Below, piece by piece: positions 47,718 to 57,324 of a DNA stretch of 64,000 nucleotides. Positions within the stretch are counted from its first letter, which is position 1, and each line of letters starts with the position of its first letter. Location: positions 124,001 through 188,000 of the forward strand of contig CAWKCK010000017.1 of assembly GCA_963848135.1 (NCBI GenBank). Direction: 5' to 3'. The stretch comes from an uncultured delta proteobacterium (GTDB lineage: Bacteria > Desulfobacterota > Desulfobacteria > Desulfobacterales > SG8-13). The notes below the pieces were generated by a model. That model was not told the origin of the DNA. It searched no databases and worked only from the letters and a program-made list of their open reading frames with translations. The position numbers were made by a program, and so were the translations under genes.

Positions 47718-48770
47718 TTAACTTTTGGTTATATTTACTTCGATTGCATGCTCGCGAACACCGTTGTTACCATAGCCCAGGACATTCCAATGGGCTGATT
47801 CGGGTTGTCGCTGCCCGTTGGTATCCGTCGCACGGGCCATTATCGTGTAATCGCCAGGCTGGTGAACATCCCACAAATACTCCCAGTGTCTCCAGGCATA
47901 GTCTTCGTTGGGACCAACAAGCCGGGCCTTATGCCAGGTTGAACCGGCATCGACCGAGACCTCGACCTGCTTGATTCCCGCTTCACCGGCGTAAGCTGAA
48001 CCCCGAATGGGGATGATGCCCGTGGAGAGTGTTGCGTCTTTCGCCGGTTCAACGATAATCGATTTGAGGCTGATGTCTCTGACCACAGCCCCGCTTTTGG
48101 AGTCTTCCCCCTTTTGAAAAACGCGGTAGACATTGTCCATGAAAAACCCTTCATAGGGGTTTTCGAGGACGGTGATCCTCTTCAGCCACTTGACACAATT
48201 GGCACCGGTCCATCCCAGGGCCAGGGCCCTGAGTGGGTAGCCGTGTTCAACGGGCAAAGGTTCTCCGTTCATTTCATAGGCCAGAAGGGTCGAATCGATG
48301 GCTTTCTCGAGTGGGATGCTGCGGATAAACTTGATACCGGCAGACCCCAGGGGCTGATCGAATCCTTCGAAGCTGACATGCCTGGCGTTATCTTTGAGTC
48401 CCGCCTTTTCAAGCAACTCTTTGAGCCAAACACCCCCCCAAATGGCGTTACCAACCCCCCCGATTGTCCAAGGATTACCGGAGGCTTTGTCTTTGAGCAG
48501 GGACCGGCCATTTCCGGAGCATTCCAGGGTGTCGGCCAATACGACCTTCGGCAGGCGACGGATGTCGCCGAAGGTCAATACCCGTTCGTTTTGTACCAAC
48601 CCGTCGAGGCAAAGCGTCCAGTCTGAAAGTACCGCGGGATTGTCCATGAACTGCCCTTGATTGCGCTTGAAAAAGACCGTATTGTCGGTCGTCCAGGTGC
48701 GCAAACTTTCAACAGGCGTTTCGGCATTGAGCGGTCTTTCCGTCATGATTTTCATTTTTTTGTCCGTCAT
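47718..48770 (-). CDS. Sulfite oxidase family molybdopterin enzyme (Moco plus dimerisation domain)
   Basis: PLNAETP, TLECSGNGR, LLAYEMNGEPLPVEHGYPLR, VKWLKRI, VEVSVDAG, MARATD; GGAGGTGA RBS before ATG 48770. Confidence 0.9.
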   Translation of the reverse strand: MTDKKMKIMTERPLNAETPVESLRTWTTDNTVFFKRNQGQFMDNPAVLSDWTLCLDGLVQNERVLTFGDIRRLPKVVLADTLECSGNGRSLLKDKASGNPWTIGGVGNAIWGGVWLKELLEKAGLKDNARHVSFEGFDQPLGSAGIKFIRSIPLEKAIDSTLLAYEMNGEPLPVEHGYPLRALALGWTGANCVKWLKRITVLENPYEGFFMDNVYRVFQKGEDSKSGAVVRDISLKSIIVEPAKDATLSTGIIPIRGSAYAGEAGIKQVEVSVDAGSTWHKARLVGPNEDYAWRHWEYLWDVHQPGDYTIMARATDTNGQRQPESAHWNVLGYGNNGVREHAIEVNITKS

Positions 48771-49308
48771 GATCACCTCCGTGCGGCAATGTATAGAAGC
48801 CATCTCAAAATTAGGTTTTTGGTTCAAGGTCAAGGCGGACTCGAGTTTCCCCGCTGTGCGGGACTTTCCGTCTGAACGATTCTTCTTTGTGGGTCGCAGC
48901 CCGCAGGCATACTGGTGTATGTCGAGGACTTGAAACAAGGAACCAACGCAGAGATTGGGCCAAAAACTGTTTTGAGATAGCTTCTAGCAAGGTACCTATC
49001 GTTCTTTAAAACCATACTTAGCCGCATTTCACAAGACGATAAATCCAGCTGGCACATTGACGTCGAGCACGTTCATTCGCAATATAAGACTGCATTTGAG
49101 CATGAACAGTGAATTGCGGTATCCAATGGAAACGATTTTTTTTCCGACACTCTTTCTGTTGATGGTACCCGTCTTTAATATCGTCGAAAACTCATGGCAT
49201 CTTTCGTGACTCGGTGGTCGCTTCGGCCGGTTTTCAGATTGCAAAGAGACAGTTTCGATAAAATTTCTACCAAACGCGCATACGCCAACCCTTGAAAACA
49301 TTGCTGTT

Positions 49309-50211
49309 ATGACAATTAAACGCTCGACAATTTTGAAGGCAGGCCTTCTCCTCGCTATATTGTGCTTGGCACTCTACCTGACGGCCTGCGCATACATCTG
49401 GAAACAGCAGGAGCGTTTTATTTTTATGCCACAGCGAATCATTACCAGCACGCCGGCAGATTATCACTTACCATTCGAAGAGATATACCTATCGGTTAAT
49501 GGGAATCAAGTTTCCAGTGAGAACTTGCATGCCTGGTTCATACCGGCAGATGACAGACCCAGCCGAGGTGTTCTTTTGTATCTGCATGGAAGCGCCCTGA
49601 ATATCGGGGCTAACATCGAGCATGCCCAACGCTTTCGGAACTTGGGGTTTTCCGTTTTTCTACTGTCATATCGTGGATATGGAAAAAGCGCCGGGGTCTT
49701 TCCTTCGGAGGAAAGCATTTACGTTGATGCTGAAACGGCCTGGAATTATCTTATAACAATCAGAAAATTCACGCCGTCATCGGTTTTCATATACGGACAT
49801 TCGCTCGGCGGCGCGGTGGCCATTCAACTGGCGTTAAACCACCCGGACACCGGGGGAGTCATCGTTGAGGGCACATTCACATCGATTGCGGAAATGGCCC
49901 GTTTGCATCCCCAGTACCGCATACTGCCCCTCGACATTATCATCAAACACCGCTTCGACAGCATTCACAAAGTCGGCCGCTTGGAAGTGCCTGTTCTCTA
50001 TATCCATGGCACCAGAGATGAAACCGTCCCCTATGAGATGACCCGAGAGTTATTCGAACGCACTGCTTCTTCGAAAAGAATAAAACTGATTCTCGGCGGT
50101 GGCCACAACAACACGGCGGCGGTGGGGGGTGAGGAATACCTTCAAGCTGTGAGAGATTTTGTCCGATTTGCAAGCAGCCATTCAGCCATGAGCGTGCAAC
50201 CAGGCGAATGA
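49309..50211 (+). CDS. Alpha/beta hydrolase (membrane-anchored)
   Basis: LYLHG, SYRGYGKS, GHSLGG, HGTRDETVP, GGHN. Confidence 0.9.
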   Translation: MTIKRSTILKAGLLLAILCLALYLTACAYIWKQQERFIFMPQRIITSTPADYHLPFEEIYLSVNGNQVSSENLHAWFIPADDRPSRGVLLYLHGSALNIGANIEHAQRFRNLGFSVFLLSYRGYGKSAGVFPSEESIYVDAETAWNYLITIRKFTPSSVFIYGHSLGGAVAIQLALNHPDTGGVIVEGTFTSIAEMARLHPQYRILPLDIIIKHRFDSIHKVGRLEVPVLYIHGTRDETVPYEMTRELFERTASSKRIKLILGGGHNNTAAVGGEEYLQAVRDFVRFASSHSAMSVQPGE

Positions 50212-50337
50212 AGTCCCTTACCAGGCTTCTTGATAAGGCGCACGCATTAAAAAATCGGTGCATAAACGACGGAAAGACAAGCCTTTGGGATAACCGGGTA
50301 CCAACCGCATGGCCGACCCAAACGACCGCTACGCATG

Positions 50338-51879
50338 CTAAAGAAGGTTCACATCTTTTCGATACACATCCGCCTGTTTCAGGACCTGCTTCTTCTCTTT
50401 TTCTTCGATACGATCCCATAATCGGTACATCATGCCTACCCGCGGGTTTTTCTGAAGAAGCCGGCGATGGCATTCTAAAAACGCCCAGTACAAACTGTTA
50501 AATGGACAGGCTTTATGTCCATGCCGTTTTTTCCAAACATATGCACATGCATCGCAATAATCGCTCATTTTGTGGATGTAGTTTGCCGACGAAATATACG
50601 GCTTGGTGGCAACGAGTCCGCCGTCGGCAAATTGGCTCATTGCCCGGGTGTTGGGAATTTCCACCCATTGAATGGCATCGATATACACGCCCAGGTACCA
50701 TTGGTCGACCGCATCTGGATGGACCCCTGCCAGCAATGCAAAATTCCCGGTCACCATCAATCGTTGAATATGATGGGCATAGGCGCGCTTGAGTGACTGG
50801 CCGACAGCCGCTTGCATACACGCCATACGGGTCTCACCGGTCCAGTAACAATCGGGAAGATCCGCCGTATGGTTGAAATAATTCACTCTTTCCAGGCCCG
50901 GCATCTGTGCCCAGTAAACCCCCCGCATGAATTCGCGCCAGCCAAGAACCTGGCGCACAAAACCTTCGATCTGCTGAATCTCGATTTTGGATTTCTTATC
51001 TTCCCAGGCATGGATGGCAGCCTCGATAACCTCGAGCGGATGGAGCATTTTCGAATTCAATGCAAACGACAACCGCGCGTGAAACAGGTGCCAATTGGCG
51101 ATGGTCATGGCATCCTGATACGTGCCGAAGGCCGGGAGGCCGTCTTTGACAAAAGCATCGAGTAGGTCGAGCGACTGGGCGCGACTAATGGGCCATATGA
51201 GGCTTTCAGGTTCGACCTGGCCGATTGTTTTAATCCCTGATTGACGGATCGTTCGGCAGATATCGGCGACATCATTGTTGAACACCAGCGGCTGAGGGAT
51301 CGGTATCTGGTGGTCATATGCCTGGCGGTTTTTCTGGTCGAAGTTCCACTTCCCTCCGGCAGGCCCACCCCCATCCATCAATATACCAAGTCGCTTCCGC
51401 ATTCGGCGGTAGAATGATTCCATCAGGTAGCGTTTTTTTCCATGAAAAAAATGTTTCAATTCATGTCGTTCGGTCAAAAAATGTTCCGTATCGACCGCTA
51501 AGATGGGCACCGGTAACTTCTTGTCCAGCCTCTGCAGTTGAGCATCCAGTCGGTACTCGTCTGGCAAAAGATATTCAAACCGTGTAAAATTGTTCTTCTT
51601 GACCAAATCAACAATATTGTCGTCGATGGTTTGACGATTTTTCCGATCGTCAATTTTCAAATAAACGACCCGGTGGCCGAGACGGCGGAGTTTTTCCACA
51701 AAGGTGCGCATGGCCGCAAAAAATACAGCCACTTTCTGTATGTGGTGTTTGACATAGTCGGTTTCCTGGCGGATTTCCATCATGACGTATGTGACATCCC
51801 GATCGACTTTATTAAACCAGGAGTGATTTTCATGGAGCTGATCGCCAAGGACCAGACGGAGAATTTTCTGACGCGGCAT
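50338..51879 (-). CDS. Fe-S bacterial cryptochrome/(6-4) photolyase (PhrB/CryB family)
   Basis: LRLVLGDQL, HHIQK, GGKWNFD, EGFVRQVLGWREF, YAHHIQRLM, TKPYISSANYIHKMSDYCDAC...ACPFNSLYW. Confidence 0.93.
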   Translation of the reverse strand: MPRQKILRLVLGDQLHENHSWFNKVDRDVTYVMMEIRQETDYVKHHIQKVAVFFAAMRTFVEKLRRLGHRVVYLKIDDRKNRQTIDDNIVDLVKKNNFTRFEYLLPDEYRLDAQLQRLDKKLPVPILAVDTEHFLTERHELKHFFHGKKRYLMESFYRRMRKRLGILMDGGGPAGGKWNFDQKNRQAYDHQIPIPQPLVFNNDVADICRTIRQSGIKTIGQVEPESLIWPISRAQSLDLLDAFVKDGLPAFGTYQDAMTIANWHLFHARLSFALNSKMLHPLEVIEAAIHAWEDKKSKIEIQQIEGFVRQVLGWREFMRGVYWAQMPGLERVNYFNHTADLPDCYWTGETRMACMQAAVGQSLKRAYAHHIQRLMVTGNFALLAGVHPDAVDQWYLGVYIDAIQWVEIPNTRAMSQFADGGLVATKPYISSANYIHKMSDYCDACAYVWKKRHGHKACPFNSLYWAFLECHRRLLQKNPRVGMMYRLWDRIEEKEKKQVLKQADVYRKDVNLL

Positions 51880-52026
51880 ATCGGGTAACCTCAAAATTTT
51901 TGAGGATGTATTGCAAGCGATCTGAAAAATATACGGCTGGTGTCGCCACCATTAATATAGTTAGGAATTACCGGGAGACTTTATCGCCTGAGTAGTGTCC
52001 GTCCACAGAAGGTTGATGGCACTGAT

Positions 52027-52182
52027 GAGTGTCCAATTCATAAATGAGATTTTTTTCGCTGGGCAAGGCCGCACAAAAGTTTGCGGCGAGGTGTACATTA
52101 TGTAAGCCGCAGCCGGAAACCTGCGGATAATCCCGCCATGGCGGGGCCCAGCGGGAAATAGGCCATTTATGGATGGACACTA
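52027..52182 (+). mobile_element. MITE/REP-like family A, full copy
   Basis: TIRs GAGTGTCCAATTCATAAATG / CATTTATGGATGGACACTA; terminal CTA is the stop codon of the adjacent gene. Confidence 0.85.
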
Positions 52183-53721
52183 AGTCGGAGGCAGAGCACA
52201 AGACGCGGTCAGCCGGGGGGTAAAACGTTCCGGACCGTTTATAATCGGCTTTTTAACAGATCTGGCAATTGATTTGAGCATGCCGTAAAAAACCCATTCA
52301 TGAAACGGATACAGAAAATACCAGTACAGATTGCCAACCAACCCCTGCGGCAAAAACCGTGACAGCATCTGCAGTTCCGTTTGCTTATCACCTATCGGCG
52401 TCACCCGAAATTCCAACAAGGCTTCACCCGGGGTTTTCATTTCAGCCAGAAGCAGCAATAGTTGCGGCGGATCGATTTTCAGTACCCGCCAAAAATCCAG
52501 CGCATCGCCGACCATGAGATCGGATGGGTGGCGACGTCCTCTTCTCAAACCGACACCTCCGGTAAGGCGATCGATCAAGCCGCGCAGACGCCAAAGGTAA
52601 TCCAAATGATACCATCCGGTTTTCCCACCGATTCGGCTGATCGGTTCCCAGATTTCTTCGGGCGTCGCCCGGATGCGCACTCGATAGCCGCATTTCATTA
52701 TCGTGCCGCCGGCCCACTCTGCATCCCCGCAATGGGCCCACTCGGGTTCAAGCATGGCACCGGCATCCATCCAGCAGGTATCGACCTGCTCCTGTTTCAC
52801 TTTATCCAGCGCTGTGCGAATCGCTTCACGGCAGCTGAGCAGCTTTTGAGGTATAATGGATTGAATCCGATTCTCGCTGCAAACGGCCGCGCTGGTCAGC
52901 CCCTCGGTCAACGGCAGTGCGATTGAGGTCGGCACAGGGCTGATGAAATGGATCCAGTAAGCACTCAGGGTCGGCGTCAAAACGGGGACCGGCAGGATAA
53001 GACGTTTTCGAAGCCCCGCCTCCTCGGCATAAATGTCCAGGAGGTCACGATAGGTGAGGACATCCGGACCACCAATATCGTATGTTTGTCCCGTGGTTTC
53101 GGCATGGGCGAGACATTCGACCAGGTACCTGATCACGTTGCGAATGGCGATGGGCTGGTTGAGTGATTGGACCCACCGTGGCGTGATCATCACCGGCAGC
53201 CGCTCCACAAGATACCTCAGAATTTCGAATGACGCACTGCCAGAACCCAATATCATCGGCGCCCGCAGATCGGTTGTCGGCACCGGACCCGACTGGAGAA
53301 TCGTGGCGACCTCTATGCGCGACAAGAGGTGCTTGCTCAAGGCACTCTGTTTTGCCTCCGCCAGACCGCCCAGGTATAATATCCTCTCTATACCGGCCAC
53401 GGTTGAAGCACTCACCATGTTGTGAGCCGCCTGACGATCGGCCTCGACAAACTTGTCTTTCTGGGCAATCATTGAGTGGACCAGGTAGTACGCCGCCCAA
53501 CACCCCGTGGCGGCCTTTTTAAGGGATTCGAGATCCAAAACATCTCCTTGAACCAGATCGACCCTTTCATGAGACGCCCATGGTCGACAGCCCAACTTTT
53601 CCACGTTTCTGCCCATGGCGCGCACCCGGTACCCTGCCTCGAGCAAGGCCGGAATCAGTCTTCCGCCGACATAGCCGGTAGCCCCGGTGATAAGAACAGG
53701 TTTTTCCTTCATCGTACTCAA
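52180..53721 (-). CDS. Atypical SDR (NAD(P)-binding) with C-terminal DUF2867
   Basis: GATGYVGGRL, AYYLVHSM, HLLSRIEV, GSGSASFE, GDALDFWRV, AEMKTPG. Confidence 0.9.
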   Translation of the reverse strand: MSTMKEKPVLITGATGYVGGRLIPALLEAGYRVRAMGRNVEKLGCRPWASHERVDLVQGDVLDLESLKKAATGCWAAYYLVHSMIAQKDKFVEADRQAAHNMVSASTVAGIERILYLGGLAEAKQSALSKHLLSRIEVATILQSGPVPTTDLRAPMILGSGSASFEILRYLVERLPVMITPRWVQSLNQPIAIRNVIRYLVECLAHAETTGQTYDIGGPDVLTYRDLLDIYAEEAGLRKRLILPVPVLTPTLSAYWIHFISPVPTSIALPLTEGLTSAAVCSENRIQSIIPQKLLSCREAIRTALDKVKQEQVDTCWMDAGAMLEPEWAHCGDAEWAGGTIMKCGYRVRIRATPEEIWEPISRIGGKTGWYHLDYLWRLRGLIDRLTGGVGLRRGRRHPSDLMVGDALDFWRVLKIDPPQLLLLLAEMKTPGEALLEFRVTPIGDKQTELQMLSRFLPQGLVGNLYWYFLYPFHEWVFYGMLKSIARSVKKPIINGPERFTPRLTASCALPPT

Positions 53722-53812
53722 AATCCCCTTTTAGCTTCCTGTGTGACACTTAACGGTACTATATCCAATAGAAAGATCGTCTCTAAAGATACTATCCCGG
53801 GTATTGAGGTAT

Positions 53813-54012
53813 TCAAAAATCTCAAATTCCAAGCACCAAATTCCAATGGAATCCCAAATTTCAATGTCCAATGACCCAAACAGTTTTGACATTTTGAATT
53901 TTGGTCATTGTGATTTGTTTGTTACTTGTTATTTGCGATTTGGAATTTTTCACCGAAACAAATAAGTTTCCTCTTCGATCAAACTGGACGATTGCGGCCA
54001 GAGGCAGTGCTC
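53813..54012 (-). repeat. Family C repeat: palindromic 7-nt periodic array plus CCAGTTTGATCG core (inverted)
   Basis: AAATCTC AAATTCC AAGCACC AAATTCC ... mirrored by TGAATTT TGGTCAT TGTGATT ... GGAATTT; core matches 36898-37012. Confidence 0.8.
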
Positions 54013-54038
54013 ATATCTGATAAATCGACCCTCTGGTT

Positions 54039-56237
54039 TCAAATCTCACCCGAACCAACGGTGACGATCCCCAGATAACCGTCCACCGTAACCTCGTCTC
54101 CGGTTCGTACAAGGGTTGTGGCATCCGGTATACCGGTAACGCACGGCAACCCGTATTCCCGCGCGATAATCGCTCCGTGAATCAGCATGCCACCTCTTCT
54201 TTCCACCACCGCTGCAGCTAACGGAACGACGAACGTCATGTTCGGGTCCACCGCATCACAAACCAAAATATCACCATGCTTGAATTCAGCCAGATCCGAA
54301 TGCTCCCGAATCACACGGGCTCTGCCTCTAGCGATACCAGGCCCGGCCGGCTGGCCGATGAGCTGCCGGGGTTTGATTTCCAATGGCTGATCGGCACTTT
54401 CTAAACCTGTTGTTTTCAGCGAACTGGGATGATCCAAGTCGGCAAGAACATCGGCGAGGATTTGCGCCCCGGCGGCGGAGCGTTTTTCATGCTTTTGAGC
54501 GGAGAGACGTTGGCGAGATGCTTGAATTGCTGTCAGAAGCTGGGATTCAATCCTGCCGAGATATATGTTGTCGTCATCCCGCAATTGATAACTGGCTCGC
54601 GCCAGGTCGAGCACATCGGCCGCCTGTGCGCGTTGCCCCTCACCGAATCGGCGTAAAAACGCCTCTTTCAATTTGCCGGTGTGCTGCGATCGTCGGTGAA
54701 CCGCCGGCGGCGGCGGATGCGTCGCCATTTCAAGCAGTATGTTGATCAGCAATTCCTTTTCCTGGAGGCACTGAGTTCCACCTGTAACGGCACATGATAA
54801 ATCGCCGTATTCTCGGATGAAACGCTCAACCTTCCGGCTGAATAAAGATGTCTCGTCAAATCGACCACTGCCCCTCAGTCTCTCCGAGAGTATGGTATCG
54901 TTGCGGATAATTGCAGCCAGTTCCTCGAGCATCTGGTTGCGTTTTAAGCTGACCATTTGAGTGTCTGACAGCAGGTCGATGAATTCATAGGGGTCATCGG
55001 GGCGAACCGCATCGTTATAGTACTGGCCGAAAAGACGAATGCCATGGGCGAAGGGAATGAAATTTTCCCAGTAAATGTTGACCCATTTATGGTTGATCTC
55101 CCACCGCCGTTTGACTTCTTCGGCCAGCTCCTGGTCGGGCAGTACGTCCAAATCTATTTTCGACAGGTGGTCAGCCTCGCGAATCATGGCCGGGATGAAC
55201 TCATTTTCGATCCGTTGACGCAAGTCTTGCAGGTTGTCGAAGGATCTGTGGAGGCTCAAGTACCACCCGCGTTTGTCCTTGCCATCTTCGGATTTCAGGG
55301 TCGTGATGGCACGGGACTGCAGTAAATAGGTGACGTCATCCTTGACCGTCCATTCGACATCCTGCGGAGCCTCGAAAAATTCTTCGGCGTGCATGGCGAT
55401 ATCGAATACGATCCGGACTTCTTTTGGCTTGAGCGGCGGGTATTGCGAAACATCGAGTGGTAAAGACGCTTTGTGGACGCCGTCTTTGCCCGTAACCATC
55501 CAGTACTTGCGCTGCGCAGGGGAGTGAGATAATATTTCGCGCGTCCTGCGGCCCAGTATCCAGCGATCCGGTTCGACAATACCATCGACAAGTCCCTGGT
55601 TCAAACCGTGCACCGACTCGACGACCCCCTGGGAGGGGGCATTGGGGTTTCTGGTGAATGCAACTCCGGAACGCTCACCGGCGACGACCTCCTGGACAAC
55701 GACAGCCATGGCGCTTTTCTCGACGCTCAGCCCGATTTCCTGTCGGTAAAGCAGGGCGGCATCCGACCACAAAGATGCCCACACGAGGCGAATGTGTTTC
55801 AAAATGGATTCAATCCCGCGAATATTGACGAATGATTCATGCAGACCGGCAAATGAGGCTGTGGTACCGTCTTCGTCGAGGGCCGAAGATCGAACGGCAA
55901 TGGCTTTGCCCCTGAAGCGGGATAACATGGCCGATCCGAGATCGGACGCGATCGGGGACGGAATCGGTTTGCGCAGAAACAGGCTCCGAATCCGCGTGGC
56001 ACAATCCCAGATTTCTTCCCAGCGCATCCGGCTGAACTCTTTGCGATGCAGTTCGAGAGAAATGCGCTCTCGCAGACCTGTTTGCGACACATAAAACTGG
56101 TATGCGTCGCTGGTGACACACAGGGTATCCGGAATTGTAATTCCGGTCTTGAGAAGCCGGGATAAAGCAAATGCTTTGCCCCCCACCTTCCGACGATGGC
56201 GATGGCCGATTTCGCTGGCTGATAAGACCAATCTCAT
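54039..56237 (-). CDS. PEP-synthase-like dikinase (ATP-grasp N-terminus, C-terminal phospho-His swivel; rifampin phosphotransferase-like architecture)
   Basis: VGGKA, AVRSSALDED...SFAG, QDVEW, LQSRAIT, GGMLIHGAIIAREYGLPCV; ATGA overlap at 56234-56237. Confidence 0.88.
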   Translation of the reverse strand: MRLVLSASEIGHRHRRKVGGKAFALSRLLKTGITIPDTLCVTSDAYQFYVSQTGLRERISLELHRKEFSRMRWEEIWDCATRIRSLFLRKPIPSPIASDLGSAMLSRFRGKAIAVRSSALDEDGTTASFAGLHESFVNIRGIESILKHIRLVWASLWSDAALLYRQEIGLSVEKSAMAVVVQEVVAGERSGVAFTRNPNAPSQGVVESVHGLNQGLVDGIVEPDRWILGRRTREILSHSPAQRKYWMVTGKDGVHKASLPLDVSQYPPLKPKEVRIVFDIAMHAEEFFEAPQDVEWTVKDDVTYLLQSRAITTLKSEDGKDKRGWYLSLHRSFDNLQDLRQRIENEFIPAMIREADHLSKIDLDVLPDQELAEEVKRRWEINHKWVNIYWENFIPFAHGIRLFGQYYNDAVRPDDPYEFIDLLSDTQMVSLKRNQMLEELAAIIRNDTILSERLRGSGRFDETSLFSRKVERFIREYGDLSCAVTGGTQCLQEKELLINILLEMATHPPPPAVHRRSQHTGKLKEAFLRRFGEGQRAQAADVLDLARASYQLRDDDNIYLGRIESQLLTAIQASRQRLSAQKHEKRSAAGAQILADVLADLDHPSSLKTTGLESADQPLEIKPRQLIGQPAGPGIARGRARVIREHSDLAEFKHGDILVCDAVDPNMTFVVPLAAAVVERRGGMLIHGAIIAREYGLPCVTGIPDATTLVRTGDEVTVDGYLGIVTVGSGEI

Positions 56238-56686
56238 TCGTGTATGTGCAGCTCCATCACATTTTGGAAATTTTTCACGAGAAAGAAGGATTTTACCTTT
56301 ACCTGGACCAGGGCACAGGTGGGCGACTGGACAAAATCCTCCAAATAGGGGTGCATTTCGAGATAGCGCTTTATGGGGCCCTCTCGTTTGCGCCCGCATA
56401 CTTCGATTGCATTTCCGATAATGGTCACGGCCATTGCGCGATGAAAATCGGAGTCCTGATTTTGGCTGCTGTTGACCAGAACGGAAACCCGCGGGTTGGC
56501 TTCAAGGTTTGTAAACTTACGGGTGGTTTTGGGTGTAATGAAGTAGAGATACCGCAAATCCTCGGATGTGACGAAAGCAACCAGACTGGCATAAGGCTGG
56601 TTATCCCTCTGAGTGCATAAAACAGCCAGTTTTTGAGATGAACAGAGCTCCTTTATATGTCGGCGAATGTCATCTGACTTGGCCAT
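56234..56686 (-). CDS. Pyridoxamine 5'-phosphate oxidase-like FMN-binding protein
   Basis: LAVLCT...QPYASLV, TRKFTNLEANPRVS. Confidence 0.88.
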   Translation of the reverse strand: MAKSDDIRRHIKELCSSQKLAVLCTQRDNQPYASLVAFVTSEDLRYLYFITPKTTRKFTNLEANPRVSVLVNSSQNQDSDFHRAMAVTIIGNAIEVCGRKREGPIKRYLEMHPYLEDFVQSPTCALVQVKVKSFFLVKNFQNVMELHIHE

Positions 56687-56827
56687 TTGGTGCGCTCCGA
56701 GTTCTGCTTGAGCGGGAGCAACAGAGTTTAACATCGCTAAAATGAGGAATGTTCATTAACTCTTTGCCGCCCGGCAATGATTTTGTTTTTAACCTTCTAC
56801 AGGCTCTAGGGTCGAAGTGAAATGTCG

Positions 56828-57202
56828 CTATTTACCAGCTCCGATTAGGGGTAATTCCTTATCTATCGAAAAAAAGACCAGGAACTTGGTCTCATCCCTT
56901 TCATCGATGTATTGCCTTCTGCGCAATGATTGCAGGAGTTCTCCTTCCTTCTCTTCACCGGTCTTGGTAAGAAAGAGCCTTATTCCCTTATACCCTGGTT
57001 TTTTTTCGCGGAAGAGATAGGTCGCATGGGGATTGGACTGCAGGTTGTGATGCGTCAGCCGATCGCGCATGATCATGGCAATCGTGCCATCATCCATAAA
57101 GTGCGGTCGCGCGTAGACCGCTGCATCCACCTTTCCGTCTCCATCTGCCGTTGCTAAAACGCCGAACCCTTCCGTGTTTTCAAAATACTCTTTAAGTGAC
57201 AT
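56828..57202 (-). CDS. Pyridoxamine 5'-phosphate oxidase-like FMN-binding protein
   Basis: GVLATADGDGKVD, THHNLQSNPHA; AGGAGG RBS. Confidence 0.85.
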   Translation of the reverse strand: MSLKEYFENTEGFGVLATADGDGKVDAAVYARPHFMDDGTIAMIMRDRLTHHNLQSNPHATYLFREKKPGYKGIRLFLTKTGEEKEGELLQSLRRRQYIDERDETKFLVFFSIDKELPLIGAGK

Positions 57203-57324
57203 GTCTTCCTCCTTGTCCCAAGTTTAAAGTTACACCAAAGGATATGTTTACAGTTTGATCGATTCTCTGGGCATGAATATAAGGTTTTAAGACAGTATAC
57301 AATTAAAACTTATTTATAATATGC

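Noticed and set aside
26503..57202. Integrative element or prophage carrying the island
   Set aside because: No integrase, tRNA attachment site, flanking direct repeats or phage genes seen.
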